Assembly (NCBI GenBank): GCA_035701285.1
Contig: DASSNT010000016.1
Span: 724-64,723 of the forward strand
DNA: 64,000 bases
Direction of reading: 5' to 3'
Source of the DNA: Gammaproteobacteria bacterium
Lineage (GTDB): Bacteria; Pseudomonadota; Gammaproteobacteria; Natronospirales; DASSBR01
Shown here: piece after piece, positions 1-10,371 of the stretch
Layout: each line of letters starts with the position of its first letter
Numbering within the stretch: the stretch's first letter is position 1
The notes under the pieces: generated by a model
Databases searched by the model: none
What the model was told of the DNA's origin: nothing
Seen by the model: only the letters and a program-made list of their open reading frames with translations
Made by a program: the position numbers and the translations under genes

Positions 1-824
1 TGCTGTACCAGGCCTGGGACCTGGTCTGGCTGGCGCGGCTCGAAGGCAAGGCAACAGATGTCCGGGCCGGCGAGTATGCAATCCCCACCCACGCGACCAC
101 CGCTACGCTGCTCGACAAACTGGTCAGTGGCGACATCGTCTTGCACAGCTTCACCGTTATCGACGGCTGGACCTTCCACGGTCTGCTGCGGCGGCTGGAG
201 AACAACCCGCTGATCAAGCACACGCTCGCCGGCTTGTCCGACGAAGAAATCATGGCGCGCATTGGTCATCCCGGCGAGCTGCCCGAAGGCCGCTTCTTTC
301 CTGAAACTTACAGCTTTCCGCGCGGCACGACCGATCTGGCCTTCCTCAAACGCGCCTACGAACTGATGCAGCAGCACTTGCAAAAAGCCTGGGAAAATCG
401 TGACCCGAGCATGAGCCTCGATACGATGTACAAAAGCCTGATCCTGGCGTCGCTGGTCGAGAAAGAAAGCGGCACCCTTGAGGAACTGCCGCGGGTTGCC
501 GGCGTCTTCGTCCGCAGGTTGCGCAAAGGCATGCGGCTGCAGAGCGACCCGACCGTGATTTACGGGCTCGGCAAGGAGTACGACGGCAATATCACGCTGC
601 ACGACCTCAGAACCGATACGCCTTACAATACGTATACGCGGCGTGGCCTGCCGCCAACACCGATTGCGCTGCCGAGCCTCGCTGCGATTCATGCGGCGAT
701 GCACCCGGCGCAGGGTGACGCGCTGTATTTCGTCAGCAAGGGCGACGGCAGCCACAAGTTCTCGGCGACGCTCGCGGAGCACCGGCAGGCCGTTCGCAAA
801 TACCAGCTGGGCGGGGGGCGCTGA
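1..824 (+). CDS. mltG: Endolytic murein transglycosylase MltG/YceG family, 5' end outside window
   Basis: Frame 3 is open from the window edge to TGA 822-824. YceG-like motifs 'PEGRFFPETY', 'LASLVEKE', 'GLPPTPIALPS'. mltG-tmk-holB-pilZ order as in Pseudomonas. Confidence 0.85.
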   Translation, partial: LYQAWDLVWLARLEGKATDVRAGEYAIPTHATTATLLDKLVSGDIVLHSFTVIDGWTFHGLLRRLENNPLIKHTLAGLSDEEIMARIGHPGELPEGRFFPETYSFPRGTTDLAFLKRAYELMQQHLQKAWENRDPSMSLDTMYKSLILASLVEKESGTLEELPRVAGVFVRRLRKGMRLQSDPTVIYGLGKEYDGNITLHDLRTDTPYNTYTRRGLPPTPIALPSLAAIHAAMHPAQGDALYFVSKGDGSHKFSATLAEHRQAVRKYQLGGGR

Positions 825-1453
825 TGTTCATCACGGTCGAAGGCGGAGAAGGCGTCGGCAAGACGACCCAGATCAAGGCCGTGCGCAAATGGCTGGAGGA
901 GCGCGGCCACGACGTGGTTGCGACGCGCGAGCCCGGCGGCACGCCGCTGGCCGAAGCGATTCGCGAACTGGTCATCAGCGTGGAGCAGGCCGACGTCCCG
1001 CCGCTGTCGGAATTGCTGCTGATGTTCGCGGCCCGAATCAGTCACGTTGAAGCTGTCATCGCGCCGGCGCTGGCGGCCGGCAAAACCGTTTTGTGCGACC
1101 GCTTTGTCGACGCCAGCTACGCCTACCAGGGCGGCGGCCGCGGCCTGCCGCCCGAGCAGATCGAAACGCTCGAAAACTGGCTGCCGGACATAGTCCGGCC
1201 GGACCTGACGATCCTGATCGACGCGCCGGTCGAAGTGGGGCTTGAACGGGCGCGGCGGCGCGGCCATTCGGACCGGTTCGAGCGGGAGGCGATGGATTTC
1301 TTCGGCCGCGTCCGCGACGCTTATCTTGTCCGCGCAAGGCAATTCCCGCGGCGCTTCATCGTCATTGACGCCGGCCACCGTCCACCCAAACGGGTGACAG
1401 CCGACATTCTGGCGCGGCTCGCCGAACGGCTCGAGGGAGCGCATGTTGAGTAA
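824..1453 (+). CDS. tmk: Thymidylate kinase
   Basis: P-loop 'VEGGEGVGKTTQ', 'REPGGTPLAE', 'DRFVDASYAYQG'. ATGA stop/start overlap with mltG. Confidence 0.95.
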   Translation: MFITVEGGEGVGKTTQIKAVRKWLEERGHDVVATREPGGTPLAEAIRELVISVEQADVPPLSELLLMFAARISHVEAVIAPALAAGKTVLCDRFVDASYAYQGGGRGLPPEQIETLENWLPDIVRPDLTILIDAPVEVGLERARRRGHSDRFEREAMDFFGRVRDAYLVRARQFPRRFIVIDAGHRPPKRVTADILARLAERLEGAHVE

Positions 1454-2390
1454 CGCCGGACCGCTACCCTGGCAGGCCGGGGCGTGGGATCAGCTGTTGC
1501 GAGCCCGTGCCAGCGACCGTCTGCCGCATGCGTTGCTGCTGCATGGACAGGCCGGCCTCGGCAAGGGGCATTTTGCCCGCGCGCTCGCGCAAACGCTGCT
1601 CTGCGCCCAAGGCGGCGACACCGCTTGCGGCGAATGCAATGCCTGTCGCCAGTTTGCCGTCGGCAACTCGCCCGATTTCTTCGTTCTGGAACCACCGGAA
1701 GACAAGAAGACGATCAAGGTGGACCAGGTCCGGGACCTGATCGACGCGCTCGCGCTGACCAGTCACGGCGGCGGTCGGCGCGTTGCCGTCATCGATCCGG
1801 CCGATGCGATGAATGCCAATGCCGCCAACAGCCTGCTGAAAACACTGGAAGAGCCGCCCGGGGCGAGCCTGCTGATGCTGGTAACGGCACGGCCGGCACG
1901 TCTGCCGGCGACGGTGCGCAGCCGCTGCCGGCAGATCCGTTTCGTGCCGCCGGCCGAGGACGTGGCAGTGCAATGGCTCATCGCCCAGGGTGTCGAGGAA
2001 TCGGCCGCTCGTCGGCTGCACGAGGTGGCGGGCCGGCGCCCCCTGAAGGCGCTGGCATTGAACGAGGACGCCGATCTGGAGCGAACTCGCGCCATACCCG
2101 AGGCAGCGACCGAGATCGTACTCGGCAAGCGCAACCCGCTGGCGGTTGCCGAAGGCTGGAGCAAGGAGCCGCTGGGCGAGGTGCTCGAGCTGTTGTCGAT
2201 GTGGCTGGCGGCGCGGGCGCGCTCCCAATTTACTGACGTAAAGCCCGATCCGGCAGCCGAAATGCTGGGGCCGCAGCGCATTTTCAAGATGGCGGATCGC
2301 TTGTATGAAGCGGAAAGACTGCGCGATACTTCCGTAAACCCGCAATTACTGCTGGAATCGTTGCTGGCGCCACTGGCGCCGGGGAGATAG
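1443..2390 (+). CDS. holB: DNA polymerase III delta-prime subunit
   Basis: 'PHALLLHGQAGLGKG', zinc module 'CGECNACRQF', 'SLLKTLEEPP', 'SRC' sensor motif. 11-nt overlap with tmk. Confidence 0.85.
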   Translation: MLSNAGPLPWQAGAWDQLLRARASDRLPHALLLHGQAGLGKGHFARALAQTLLCAQGGDTACGECNACRQFAVGNSPDFFVLEPPEDKKTIKVDQVRDLIDALALTSHGGGRRVAVIDPADAMNANAANSLLKTLEEPPGASLLMLVTARPARLPATVRSRCRQIRFVPPAEDVAVQWLIAQGVEESAARRLHEVAGRRPLKALALNEDADLERTRAIPEAATEIVLGKRNPLAVAEGWSKEPLGEVLELLSMWLAARARSQFTDVKPDPAAEMLGPQRIFKMADRLYEAERLRDTSVNPQLLLESLLAPLAPGR

Positions 2391-2393
2391 AAG

Positions 2394-2747
2394 ATGGCGG
2401 ACGCGCCAAGCCCGCAGCACGGGCTGCTCAAACTGGATATTCCCGACAAGAAGGCGCTTTACGCCGCCTACATGCCGTTTATCAAAAACGGCGGGCTGTT
2501 CGTGCCCACAGCGAAGCCGTACCGCATTGGCGACGAGGTGTTCGTGCTGGTCAATCTGCTTGAGGAATCGGAACGGCTGCCGGTGGCCGGGCGCGTCGTC
2601 TGGGTTACGCCAACGGGCGCGCAGGGCAAGCGTCAGGCCGGCATCGGCATCCAGTTCAGCGAGCAGGATGGCGGCACCACGCAGAAGAAGATCGAGGCGT
2701 CGCTTGCGGGCATGCTCGAGTCGGAGATCGCGACGCTGACGATGTGA
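2394..2747 (+). CDS. pilZ: PilZ-domain protein (type IV pilus assembly PilZ-like)
   Basis: 117 aa. 'LYAAYMPFIKNGGLFVP', 'GDEVFVLVNL', 'VVWVTP...GIGIQF' matches the PilZ fold. Position directly after holB as in P. aeruginosa. Confidence 0.75.
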   Translation: MADAPSPQHGLLKLDIPDKKALYAAYMPFIKNGGLFVPTAKPYRIGDEVFVLVNLLEESERLPVAGRVVWVTPTGAQGKRQAGIGIQFSEQDGGTTQKKIEASLAGMLESEIATLTM

Positions 2748-2766
2748 AGCTGGTGGCGAATCACTC

Positions 2767-4215
2767 GTGAACATCTATCGCGCCGCCGATGTGCGCGAAA
2801 TGGACCGGCGCGCGATGGAAGAATGCGGGCTCGGCAATGGCCGACTGATGGAGCGCGCCGGTGCAGCGGCATTTCAGGCGCTGCGTCGTAACTGGCCGTC
2901 GGCCCGCCGAATCGCGGTGGTTGTCGGCGCCGGCAATAATGGCGGCGACGGCTATGTGCTGGCGCGCCATGCCCGGGCACAAAGGCTCAAAGCTGCAGTT
3001 TTTGCCGTGCGCGATCCAAAGCAAGGCGATGCGATTGAGGCTGCTCAAGCCTTTCGCAGTGCCGGCGGACGCATCGAATCCTTGGACGCCTTCGCGGCGT
3101 TCGACCCGGAAGTGGTGGTCGATGCGCTGATGGGTACTGGTTTGGACCGCCCGCTGGGGGGCGATTTTGCCAAGGCCGTCGATGCCATCAACGAAAGCAG
3201 CGCAGCCCGTTTCGCCATCGATATCCCGAGCGGGCTGAACGCCGATTCCGGTACGGTCATGGGCTGTGCTGTCCGCGCTGACTGCACGATTACGTTCATA
3301 GGCGTTAAATGCGGCTTGCTCACCGGCCGCGCTCCGGCATTTACCGGCGCACTGGAGTTTGCCGGCCTGGACGTGCCGTCGCGCGTTTACGAAGGCATTG
3401 AGCCTGCCGCGCGTCTGGTGACGGATGCTGACCTGCGCGTGGCGCTTCCGCCACGGGACCGCGACGCGCATAAGGGGCAGTTCGGCCACGTGCTGGTGCT
3501 CGGTGGGGACCACGGCATGCCGGGCGCCGTGCGCATGGCGGCGGAATCCGCATTGCGTTCCGGCGCAGGTTTGGTGAGCGTCTATACGCAACCGGAACAT
3601 GTTGGCGCGGTCGTGGCCGCGCGCCCGGAACTGATGTGCCGCGCGGGTGGCGGCCTTGAGACGCTGCTTGATAAGGCGTCGGTCATTGCTCTGGGCCCCG
3701 GACTGGGGCAGGGTGACTTCGGCCGCCGCCTGTTCACGGCTGCGCTGGAAACGGATAAACCGCTTGTGGTCGATGCAGATGGTCTGAATCTGCTCGCCGC
3801 CCGGCCGGTCGCCCGCGGCCACTGGATTTTGACCCCGCACCCGGGCGAGGCCGGCCGGCTGCTTGGCTGTTCGACGGCGGAGATTCAGGCGGATCGTTTT
3901 GCCGCGGCCGCCGCACTCAGCACACGTTATCAGGCCGCGGTGGTACTGAAAGGTGCCGGCACACTGGTGGCTGCCCCGGGCGAGATACCGGCGCTCATCA
4001 ACAGAGGCAACCCCGGTATGGCGTCGGGCGGCATGGGAGATATCCTCACTGGCATTGTTGCCGCGATTTGGGGGCAAACGGATTCGGCTTTCGATGCAGC
4101 GCGCCTCGGCGCTTTCGTTCACGCGACTGCCGGCGATCGCGCCGCGGCCGGCGGCGAACGCGGCCTGGCCGCGCTGGATCTCGCGGCCGAGCTGCGCGGC
4201 GTTATCAATTCATGA
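2767..4215 (+). CDS. nnr: Bifunctional NAD(P)H-hydrate repair enzyme (epimerase/ADP-dependent dehydratase)
   Basis: GTG start. N-terminal YjeF_N 'GAGNNGGDGYVLAR', C-terminal carbohydrate-kinase part 'HKGQFGHVLVLGG', 'GMASGGMGDILTG'. nnr-tsaE-amiB synteny. Confidence 0.9.
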   Translation: MNIYRAADVREMDRRAMEECGLGNGRLMERAGAAAFQALRRNWPSARRIAVVVGAGNNGGDGYVLARHARAQRLKAAVFAVRDPKQGDAIEAAQAFRSAGGRIESLDAFAAFDPEVVVDALMGTGLDRPLGGDFAKAVDAINESSAARFAIDIPSGLNADSGTVMGCAVRADCTITFIGVKCGLLTGRAPAFTGALEFAGLDVPSRVYEGIEPAARLVTDADLRVALPPRDRDAHKGQFGHVLVLGGDHGMPGAVRMAAESALRSGAGLVSVYTQPEHVGAVVAARPELMCRAGGGLETLLDKASVIALGPGLGQGDFGRRLFTAALETDKPLVVDADGLNLLAARPVARGHWILTPHPGEAGRLLGCSTAEIQADRFAAAAALSTRYQAAVVLKGAGTLVAAPGEIPALINRGNPGMASGGMGDILTGIVAAIWGQTDSAFDAARLGAFVHATAGDRAAAGGERGLAALDLAAELRGVINS

Positions 4216-4667
4216 AACTGATCATTCCGGACGAGCCCGAAATGATCACGCTCGGCTGCCGGCTGGCGGCCGCGCTGCCGGAGTCGGGCCTCGTCATCAC
4301 GTTGCGCGGCGACCTCGGGGCCGGCAAGACGACGCTGGTCCGGGCAATGCTGCGCACTCTCGGCGTCAGTGGCCACGTCCGCAGCCCCACGTACACGCTC
4401 GTCGAGCCCTACGCGCTCAGTGGCCGACGCGCCTTCCATCTCGACCTGTACCGCGTGTCCGATCCTGAAGAGCTGGAGTTTCTCGGCGTTCGCGACCTCG
4501 ACCCCGCCGACGACCTCATCCTGATCGAATGGCCGGAGCGGGGCGAGCCGCTGCTGCCGGCCGCCGACCTGGACATCGCCATCGGCGTGACCGAAAGCGG
4601 CGGCCGGCAAGCCGACCTGACGGCTGAAACAGGCCGCGCCAGGGGATTATTATCGTCCCTGAGTTAG
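4212..4667 (+). CDS. tsaE: tRNA t6A37 biosynthesis ATPase TsaE
   Basis: Start chosen at ATG 4212 (ATGA overlap with nnr stop); the listed ORF 4068.. is an upstream extension. 'GDLGAGKTTLVR', 'SPTYTLVEPY', 'HLDLYR', 'IEWPE'. Confidence 0.9.
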   Translation: MKLIIPDEPEMITLGCRLAAALPESGLVITLRGDLGAGKTTLVRAMLRTLGVSGHVRSPTYTLVEPYALSGRRAFHLDLYRVSDPEELEFLGVRDLDPADDLILIEWPERGEPLLPAADLDIAIGVTESGGRQADLTAETGRARGLLSSLS

Positions 4668-4814
4668 CGGCGTGGCGGCGTTTTTCTCACGTGTCACCCT
4701 AGCTTGCCTTCCTATCTCACTAAATTTCTTACAAAATTGACTTGCAAAATTGAAATTTTCCGCTATCTTTAAGGGCGGGAACGCCATTCGGTACCGGGAA
4801 CAACACGGGGAGCA

Positions 4815-6107
4815 ATGAAAAAACTCATCCTGCTGCTGTGCTGGTTGCCTGCGGTCGCGTTTGCGGGAACGACGCATATCGAAGCCGTCGACGTGGGCGC
4901 CCATGCGGGTTATACCCGCGTCACACTGGACTTGTCCGGGCCGGTCGACCACAAGATTTTCACCCTCAAGAGCCCCGACCGGGTCGTGCTCGATATCAGA
5001 TCGGCCGAGTTGGACGCTCGATTGCCGGCCGGCAAGGGTCTCATTGACGATTTCCGCAGCGGCCGCCATGGTCATGGCGTCCGCATCGTGTTCGACCTGA
5101 ACGCACGCGGCGTGCCGCGCAGTTTCTTTATTCCCGCCAGCGGCAGCCAGGCGGCGCGGCTGGTGGTCGATGTTTACGGCAACGACGCCGCCAAACCTCA
5201 GCCTATTCCGGTATCGGTACCCACCAAGGCGGTGAAGCCCCGCGATATTGTCATAGCGGTCGACGCCGGTCATGGCGGTTTTGACCCCGGCGCGCACGGG
5301 CCGGACGGGCTGCTGGAAAAGGATGTCACCCTCGCAATTTCGAAGAAGCTTGCGGCGATGATCGACGCGATGCCGGGCATGCGCGCCGTGCTGACGCGCA
5401 GGGACGACCGCTACCTGAAGCTGCGACAGCGCACGGCTATCGCGCGGGCTAAGGACGCCGACATGTTCATTTCCATCCACGCGAATGCTTCGCGCAGCCC
5501 GGATCCTTACGGCGGGGCGGTTTATGCGCTGTCGCAGCACGGCGCGACCAGCGAGGCCGCGCGCTGGCTCGCGCACCGGGAAAACAGTTCGGACGACCTG
5601 GGTGGCGTAAAGCTGGACGACAAGAGCGCGATGCTCGCGTCGGTCCTGCTCGATCTGTCGCAGACGGCGACGATCAGCGCCAGCCTCAAAGTCGCGAACG
5701 ACGTGCTCGACGAAATGGCCGCGTTCGAGCCGCTGCACAGCAGCCGCGTCGAGCAGGCGGCGTTCGTCGTTTTGAAGTCGCCGGACATTCCGTCGATTCT
5801 GGTTGAGACCGCGTTCATCAGTAATCCTCATCAGGAAGATCTGCTCGGCAGTTCGCGGTTTCAGCAGCGAATGGCCACGGCGGTGCTGAACGGCGTTGTA
5901 TCCTACTTTCACGACCATCCGCCGCCGGGCACACTGATCGCGGCACGCGACGGCAACTTTGGCCGCCGCTACGTGATCAACCGTGGCGATACGCTGTCCG
6001 GCATTGCGGATCGGTTTGACGTCAGCCTGCAGGCGTTGCAGGCCGTCAACGGCCTGAGCGGCAGCACGATCCGCGCCGGGCAGGTATTGACGATACCGGC
6101 GAGCTAG
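4815..6107 (+). CDS. amiB: N-acetylmuramoyl-L-alanine amidase with N-terminal AMIN domain and C-terminal LysM
   Basis: Signal peptide. AMIN-like 'TRVTLDLSGPVDHKIFTLKSPDRVVLDI'. Amidase_3 'VIAVDAGHGGFDPGA', 'SIHANA', 'VLVETAFISN'. LysM 'YVINRGDTLSGIADRF'. Confidence 0.9.
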   Translation: MKKLILLLCWLPAVAFAGTTHIEAVDVGAHAGYTRVTLDLSGPVDHKIFTLKSPDRVVLDIRSAELDARLPAGKGLIDDFRSGRHGHGVRIVFDLNARGVPRSFFIPASGSQAARLVVDVYGNDAAKPQPIPVSVPTKAVKPRDIVIAVDAGHGGFDPGAHGPDGLLEKDVTLAISKKLAAMIDAMPGMRAVLTRRDDRYLKLRQRTAIARAKDADMFISIHANASRSPDPYGGAVYALSQHGATSEAARWLAHRENSSDDLGGVKLDDKSAMLASVLLDLSQTATISASLKVANDVLDEMAAFEPLHSSRVEQAAFVVLKSPDIPSILVETAFISNPHQEDLLGSSRFQQRMATAVLNGVVSYFHDHPPPGTLIAARDGNFGRRYVINRGDTLSGIADRFDVSLQALQAVNGLSGSTIRAGQVLTIPAS

Positions 6108-6172
6108 ACGCCAGCTTGTCCGCCGGCGGGTCGCCGGGGCATGATGTCCGTACACGGACATGCAGGTGCGTC

Positions 6173-7429
6173 ATGGACGACGACAAGCAACCGGGCCAGC
6201 GCCCTTCAAACTTCCTCGACGAGGCCTTCTGCCACCTTCAGGTCGAGCCGCAGATGCGGCGCTTGCTGAAGACGCCTTATCGCACCATCCAGGTCGAATT
6301 GCCGCTCCAGCGCGACGACGGCGCGCTGGCAATATACGAAGGCATTCGGGTGCAACACGACCGGAGCCGCGGACCGTTCAAGGGCGGGTTGCGCTATCAC
6401 CCCGACATCGATGTGGCGCATTCCACCGAGCTCGCCGAATTGATGACCTGGAAGGCGGCATTGATGGATTTGCCGCTGGGCGGCGCCAAGGGCGGCATTA
6501 ACTGCGACCCGCGGGAACTCAGCGCGACGGAACTTGAGAGGCTGACCAAGTTGTTCGTCGAATCGATGAACGACATCTTCGGCGCGGAGCACGATATTCC
6601 TGCACCCGATGTCGGCACCGGTCCGCGGGAGATGGCCTGGATTTATGACGCCTACGCGCGCACGCACGGCATGGAGTTGGGCGTTGTCACCGGCAAGCCG
6701 CTGGCGCTGTGCGGCTCACGCGGACGGCTGTCCGCCACCGGCCGCGGCGTGTCAATGGTCACCGGCTGGGCCGCTCACGAAGCAGGCATCGATGTCGATG
6801 GGGCGCGTATCGCTCTCCAGGGTTTTGGTAATGTCGGCAGTTTTACCGCACAGTTTTTGGCAGAAGCCGGGGCACGGATCGTGGCCGTTGGCGACGCGGG
6901 CGGTGCCATCAGGAATGACGACGGCCTCGACATAGCGATGCTGCTGTCGGCCATGCACGCGGGAGATGCGCCGCGATCGGTGGTTGACGTGGGCGTTGCC
7001 GGCGAGCGCATCGACAATGAAGAACTGCTTGCGGCCGATGTCGACATTCTGATCCCCGCCGCGCTCGGCCACGTCATCCACGAAGGCAATGCCGGTGCAG
7101 TGCGTGCGCGGATGATCGTCGAGGCGGCGAACGGGCCGCTGACCTTCGACGCCGATCGGCAGCTCAGGGAGCGGGGCGTCGTCGTGGTGCCCGACATCCT
7201 CGCCAATGCGGGCGGTGTGACGGTCTCGTACCTGGAATGGGTACAGAACCGCGAAGGCTACATGTGGGAAGAAGAGCGCGTGAACGCCAAGCTGACCGAC
7301 GTGTTGCGCAACGCCTGGAACGACATCAATGACCGCACATCGCGGGACGGCTGCTGGTATCGCCTGGCCGCGTACTGCATCGCCATCGAGCGCGTCAGCG
7401 AGACGGTGACGCTGCGCGGCTTCAAGTAG
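6173..7429 (+). CDS. Glu/Leu/Phe/Val-family (glutamate) dehydrogenase
   Basis: Start taken at ATG 6173 ('MDDDKQ'). Catalytic-Lys box 'LPLGGAKGGINCDP', Rossmann 'LQGFGNVGSFTA', 'ANGP', 'PDILANAGGVTVSYLEWVQN'. Confidence 0.9.
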   Translation: MDDDKQPGQRPSNFLDEAFCHLQVEPQMRRLLKTPYRTIQVELPLQRDDGALAIYEGIRVQHDRSRGPFKGGLRYHPDIDVAHSTELAELMTWKAALMDLPLGGAKGGINCDPRELSATELERLTKLFVESMNDIFGAEHDIPAPDVGTGPREMAWIYDAYARTHGMELGVVTGKPLALCGSRGRLSATGRGVSMVTGWAAHEAGIDVDGARIALQGFGNVGSFTAQFLAEAGARIVAVGDAGGAIRNDDGLDIAMLLSAMHAGDAPRSVVDVGVAGERIDNEELLAADVDILIPAALGHVIHEGNAGAVRARMIVEAANGPLTFDADRQLRERGVVVVPDILANAGGVTVSYLEWVQNREGYMWEEERVNAKLTDVLRNAWNDINDRTSRDGCWYRLAAYCIAIERVSETVTLRGFK

Positions 7430-7435
7430 GGCGGG

Positions 7436-7463
7436 TTGTAAGTTGGCCGCCGGCGAGTAGTAT
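7436..7463 (+). promoter_or_regulatory. Candidate sigma70 promoter for the nuo operon
   Basis: TTGTAA (7436-7441), 16-nt spacer, TAGTAT (7458-7463), about 40 nt upstream of nuoA. Sequence match only. Confidence 0.3.
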
Positions 7464-7503
7464 AGAAGCAACAACAACCGATGCGGAATGGAGTCTGCGT
7501 GTC

Positions 7504-7950
7504 ATGAGCGGCGTATCGCCGTCAATCAACCAGTTCTGGCCTCTCGCAGTTTTTTTTGGCGCCGTGCTGCTGCTGGTTTGCGTAGTGCTGCTGGTGTCCT
7601 GGCTGATCGGGCCGCGGCACAACGATCCGGCGACGCAAACGCCGTTCGAATCCGGCGTCGAATCCTACGGCGACGCGCGTTATCGATTTCCCGTAAAGTT
7701 CTACCTGATCGCGATGTTCTTCGTGATCTTCGACCTCGAATCCGTGTTTCTGTACGCCGGCGCCATCGCGCTGCGGCGCGTGGGCTGGAGCGCGTATTTC
7801 GAGATGGTTGTGTTTGTCGGCATCCTGTTTGCCGCGCTGGTCTATCTCTGGAAGCTCGGCGCGCTCGAATTTGCCACCCGGCGCTGGCGGCAGCCTTTCG
7901 GCCAGCGCGGGATCTGGGACGAGCGTCGCGAGCAGGTGAGCCGGCGCTGA
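7504..7950 (+). CDS. nuoA: NADH-quinone oxidoreductase subunit A
   Basis: 148 aa, 3 TM helices. 'PFESG', '[14 protein letters not shown]' signature. Confidence 0.93.
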   Translation: MSGVSPSINQFWPLAVFFGAVLLLVCVVLLVSWLIGPRHNDPATQTPFESGVESYGDARYRFPVKFYLIAMFFVIFDLESVFLYAGAIALRRVGWSAYFEMVVFVGILFAALVYLWKLGALEFATRRWRQPFGQRGIWDERREQVSRR

Positions 7951-8615
7951 TGCGGTGGTCGCTGAGCAAGGCGAATACGCCACCGGCGGAGGACGAGCGC
8001 TTCGACGACGCGGTGCGTCGCAACCTGGTCATGGCGAAGCTCGAAGATCTGGTGTCGTGGGGCCGCAAGAACTCGCTGTGGCCGTTCAACTTCGGGCTGT
8101 CGTGCTGCTACGTCGAAATGACAACGGCCTTTACCAGCCCCTACGACATCGCCCGCTTCGGCGCCGAGGTGCTGCGCGGCTCCCCGCGCCAATCCGACGT
8201 CATCGTCATTTCCGGAACCGTGTTCCGCAAGATGGCGCCGGTCATCAAGCGGCTCTACGACCAGATGATGGAGCCGCGCTACGTCATTTCGATGGGCTCG
8301 TGCGCGAACTCGGGCGGCATGTATGACATTTACAGCGTGGTGCAGGGCGTTGACACGTTTCTGCCGGTCGACGTTTACGTGCCGGGTTGTCCGCCGCGGC
8401 CGGACGCATTTCTGGAAGGGCTGATTATGCTTCAGGAAGCTATCGGCGACGAGCGCCGGCCGCTATCCTGGACGATCGGCACCGGCGGCGTCGAGCGCGC
8501 ACCTGCGCCGAGCATGCGCGACAGAAAACGCGATGAGCGAATGCGGACGAAGGAACTGCGCGACCCGAACAAGCTGGAAGGCTACCTGGAGCACAGGTTA
8601 GGCAAGCGCGGATAG
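7950..8615 (+). CDS. nuoB: NADH-quinone oxidoreductase subunit B
   Basis: Start at ATG 7950 (TGATG overlap with nuoA). '[17 protein letters not shown]', '[10 protein letters not shown]', '[12 protein letters not shown]'. The listed ORF 7488.. is an out-of-frame extension across nuoA. Confidence 0.93.
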   Translation: MRWSLSKANTPPAEDERFDDAVRRNLVMAKLEDLVSWGRKNSLWPFNFGLSCCYVEMTTAFTSPYDIARFGAEVLRGSPRQSDVIVISGTVFRKMAPVIKRLYDQMMEPRYVISMGSCANSGGMYDIYSVVQGVDTFLPVDVYVPGCPPRPDAFLEGLIMLQEAIGDERRPLSWTIGTGGVERAPAPSMRDRKRDERMRTKELRDPNKLEGYLEHRLGKRG

Positions 8616-8618
8616 ATC

Positions 8619-10367
8619 ATGCTGGAACGCACCCCCACAACAAGGATGTTGTTCGACAAATTCGGCGAAGCGAATTTCACCGGACAGACGACGGTGGACG
8701 GCATTCCGACGCTGTGGCTGACGCACGGCGATTTGCACGCCGTACTCCGCTACCTGAAGAATGACATCACGCAGCCGTACAAATGCCTGTACGACCTGAC
8801 CGCGATCGACGAACGCATCCGCAAGCATCGTGCCGGCCAGCCGGATAGCGATTTTACGGTCGTCTATCACCTGCTGTCCTACGAGCGCAACGCCGACATC
8901 CGCCTCAAGGTGGCGCTCAAGGAAAACGATCTCAGCCTGCCATCGATCACCAGCATCTGGCCCGCCGCGAACTGGTACGAGTGCGAAGTCTGGGACATGT
9001 TCGGCATCGTCTTCGACGGCCATCCGGCGCTTCGCCGCATTCTGTTGCCGCCGACCTGGGAAGGGCATCCGCTGCGCAAGGATCACCCGGCGCGCGCAAC
9101 CGAGATGGGTATCTTTCAGCTCCCCGACCGGCGCGAGGAGATCGAGCAGGACGCGCTGCAGTTCGATCCGACCTGGTGGGGCATGAATCCGGGCAATGAA
9201 GATACCGATTTCATGTTTCTCAATCTCGGTCCTAATCACCCGAGCGTGCACGGCGTGTTCCGCATCGTGCTGCAACTCGATGGCGAAGAGGTCGTCGACT
9301 GCGTGCCGGATATCGGCTACCACCATCGCGGTGCCGAGAAGATGGGCGAGCGCCAGTCGTGGCACACGTATATTCCCTACACCGACCGCATCGACTACCT
9401 CGGCGGGGTGATGAACAACCTGCCGTACGTGCTGGCAGTCGAGAAGATGGCGGGCATTGAGGTATCCGAGCGCGTCGAGACTATTCGGGTGATGCTGGTG
9501 GAGTTCTTCCGCATCATGTCGCACCTGCTGTTTCTCGGCACGATGGCCCAGGACCTCGGCCAGATGTCGCCGGTGTTCTACATGTTCGCCGACCGCGAGC
9601 GCGCCTATGACGTCACCGTCGGCATCATGGGCGAGCGCATGCATCCGAACTGGTTTCGCATCGGCGGCCTCGTCGATGACCTGCCGGCGGGCTGGGATGC
9701 AATGGTGCGCGAGTTCGTCGACTATTTTCCGGCACGGCTGGCGAAGTACGAAAAGATCATGCTCGACAACGGCATGATCAAAAAGCGCACGCGGGACATC
9801 GCGCGCTACACGCTGGACGAAGCGATCGACTGGGGCGTCACCGGCCCCGGCCTGCGCGCCTGCGGGTTGCACTGGGATTTTCGCAAGGACCGGCCGTACT
9901 CCGGCTACGAACGCTTCGACTTCGACGTGCCGACCGGCACGCACGGCGACTGCTACGACCGGATCATCGTGCGCTTCGAGGAAATGCGCCAGAGCCTGCG
10001 CATCATCGAGCAGTGTCTGCACAACATGCCGGAGGGGCCGATCAAAGCGCTGCATCCGCAGACGACGCCGCCGCCGAAAGAGCGCACGCTGCACGACATC
10101 GAAACACTGATCACGCACTTTCTGAACGTGAGCTGGGGACCGGTGATTCCGGCGGGCGAATGCAGCGTCGGCATCGAGGCGACCAAGGGCAACAACAGTT
10201 ACTACCTGATCAGCGACGGCAGCACGATGCCGTACCGGGTGCGCATTCGCACGCCGTCGTTTCCACACCTGCAGATGATTCCGCTGATCGCGCGCGGGCT
10301 GATGGTGCAGGATTTGATCGCGCTGATCGGAAGCATTGATTTCGTGATGGCGGATGTGGATCGGTGA
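8619..10367 (+). CDS. nuoCD: NADH-quinone oxidoreductase fused subunit C/D
   Basis: 582 aa. N-terminal NuoC part '[12 protein letters not shown]', C-terminal NuoD part '[13 protein letters not shown]', '[11 protein letters not shown]'. Fusion is typical of the E. coli-type complex. Confidence 0.95.
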   Translation: MLERTPTTRMLFDKFGEANFTGQTTVDGIPTLWLTHGDLHAVLRYLKNDITQPYKCLYDLTAIDERIRKHRAGQPDSDFTVVYHLLSYERNADIRLKVALKENDLSLPSITSIWPAANWYECEVWDMFGIVFDGHPALRRILLPPTWEGHPLRKDHPARATEMGIFQLPDRREEIEQDALQFDPTWWGMNPGNEDTDFMFLNLGPNHPSVHGVFRIVLQLDGEEVVDCVPDIGYHHRGAEKMGERQSWHTYIPYTDRIDYLGGVMNNLPYVLAVEKMAGIEVSERVETIRVMLVEFFRIMSHLLFLGTMAQDLGQMSPVFYMFADRERAYDVTVGIMGERMHPNWFRIGGLVDDLPAGWDAMVREFVDYFPARLAKYEKIMLDNGMIKKRTRDIARYTLDEAIDWGVTGPGLRACGLHWDFRKDRPYSGYERFDFDVPTGTHGDCYDRIIVRFEEMRQSLRIIEQCLHNMPEGPIKALHPQTTPPPKERTLHDIETLITHFLNVSWGPVIPAGECSVGIEATKGNNSYYLISDGSTMPYRVRIRTPSFPHLQMIPLIARGLMVQDLIALIGSIDFVMADVDR

Positions 10368-10371
10368 AGAG

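Noticed and set aside
4737-4769. Possible amiB promoter in the AT-rich stretch (TTGACT / TTGCAA ... TATCTT).
   Set aside because: The spacing is 21 nt for the best -35 and only a weak -35 fits at 16 nt. This is not better than chance in an AT-rich patch, so it is not reported as a feature.
4650-6161. 503-aa ORF on the minus strand opposite amiB. Similar long antisense ORFs occur at 2761-4122, 8598-10268, 13447-14880, 17483-19180, 19872-21347, 27873-29282, 30612-32012, 42725-44299, 48560-50098, 51739-53136 and 54546-56339.
   Set aside because: Each lies exactly antisense to a gene with unmistakable family motifs. The products are Arg/Gly/Ala/His-rich with no motifs. In GC-rich DNA, stop-poor antisense frames are expected. 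They are treated as shadow ORFs.
7488-8615. Long N-terminal extensions in the ORF track: nuoB 7488, nuoE 10354, nuoG 12166, nuoH 14961, nuoI 15626, nuoK 17276, nuoN 20966, tsaE 4068, ycaR 57145 and kdsB 57288.
   Set aside because: The extensions overlap the preceding gene in another frame or read through repeats. Canonical N-termini and ATGA/GTGA-type coupled starts define the shorter genes.
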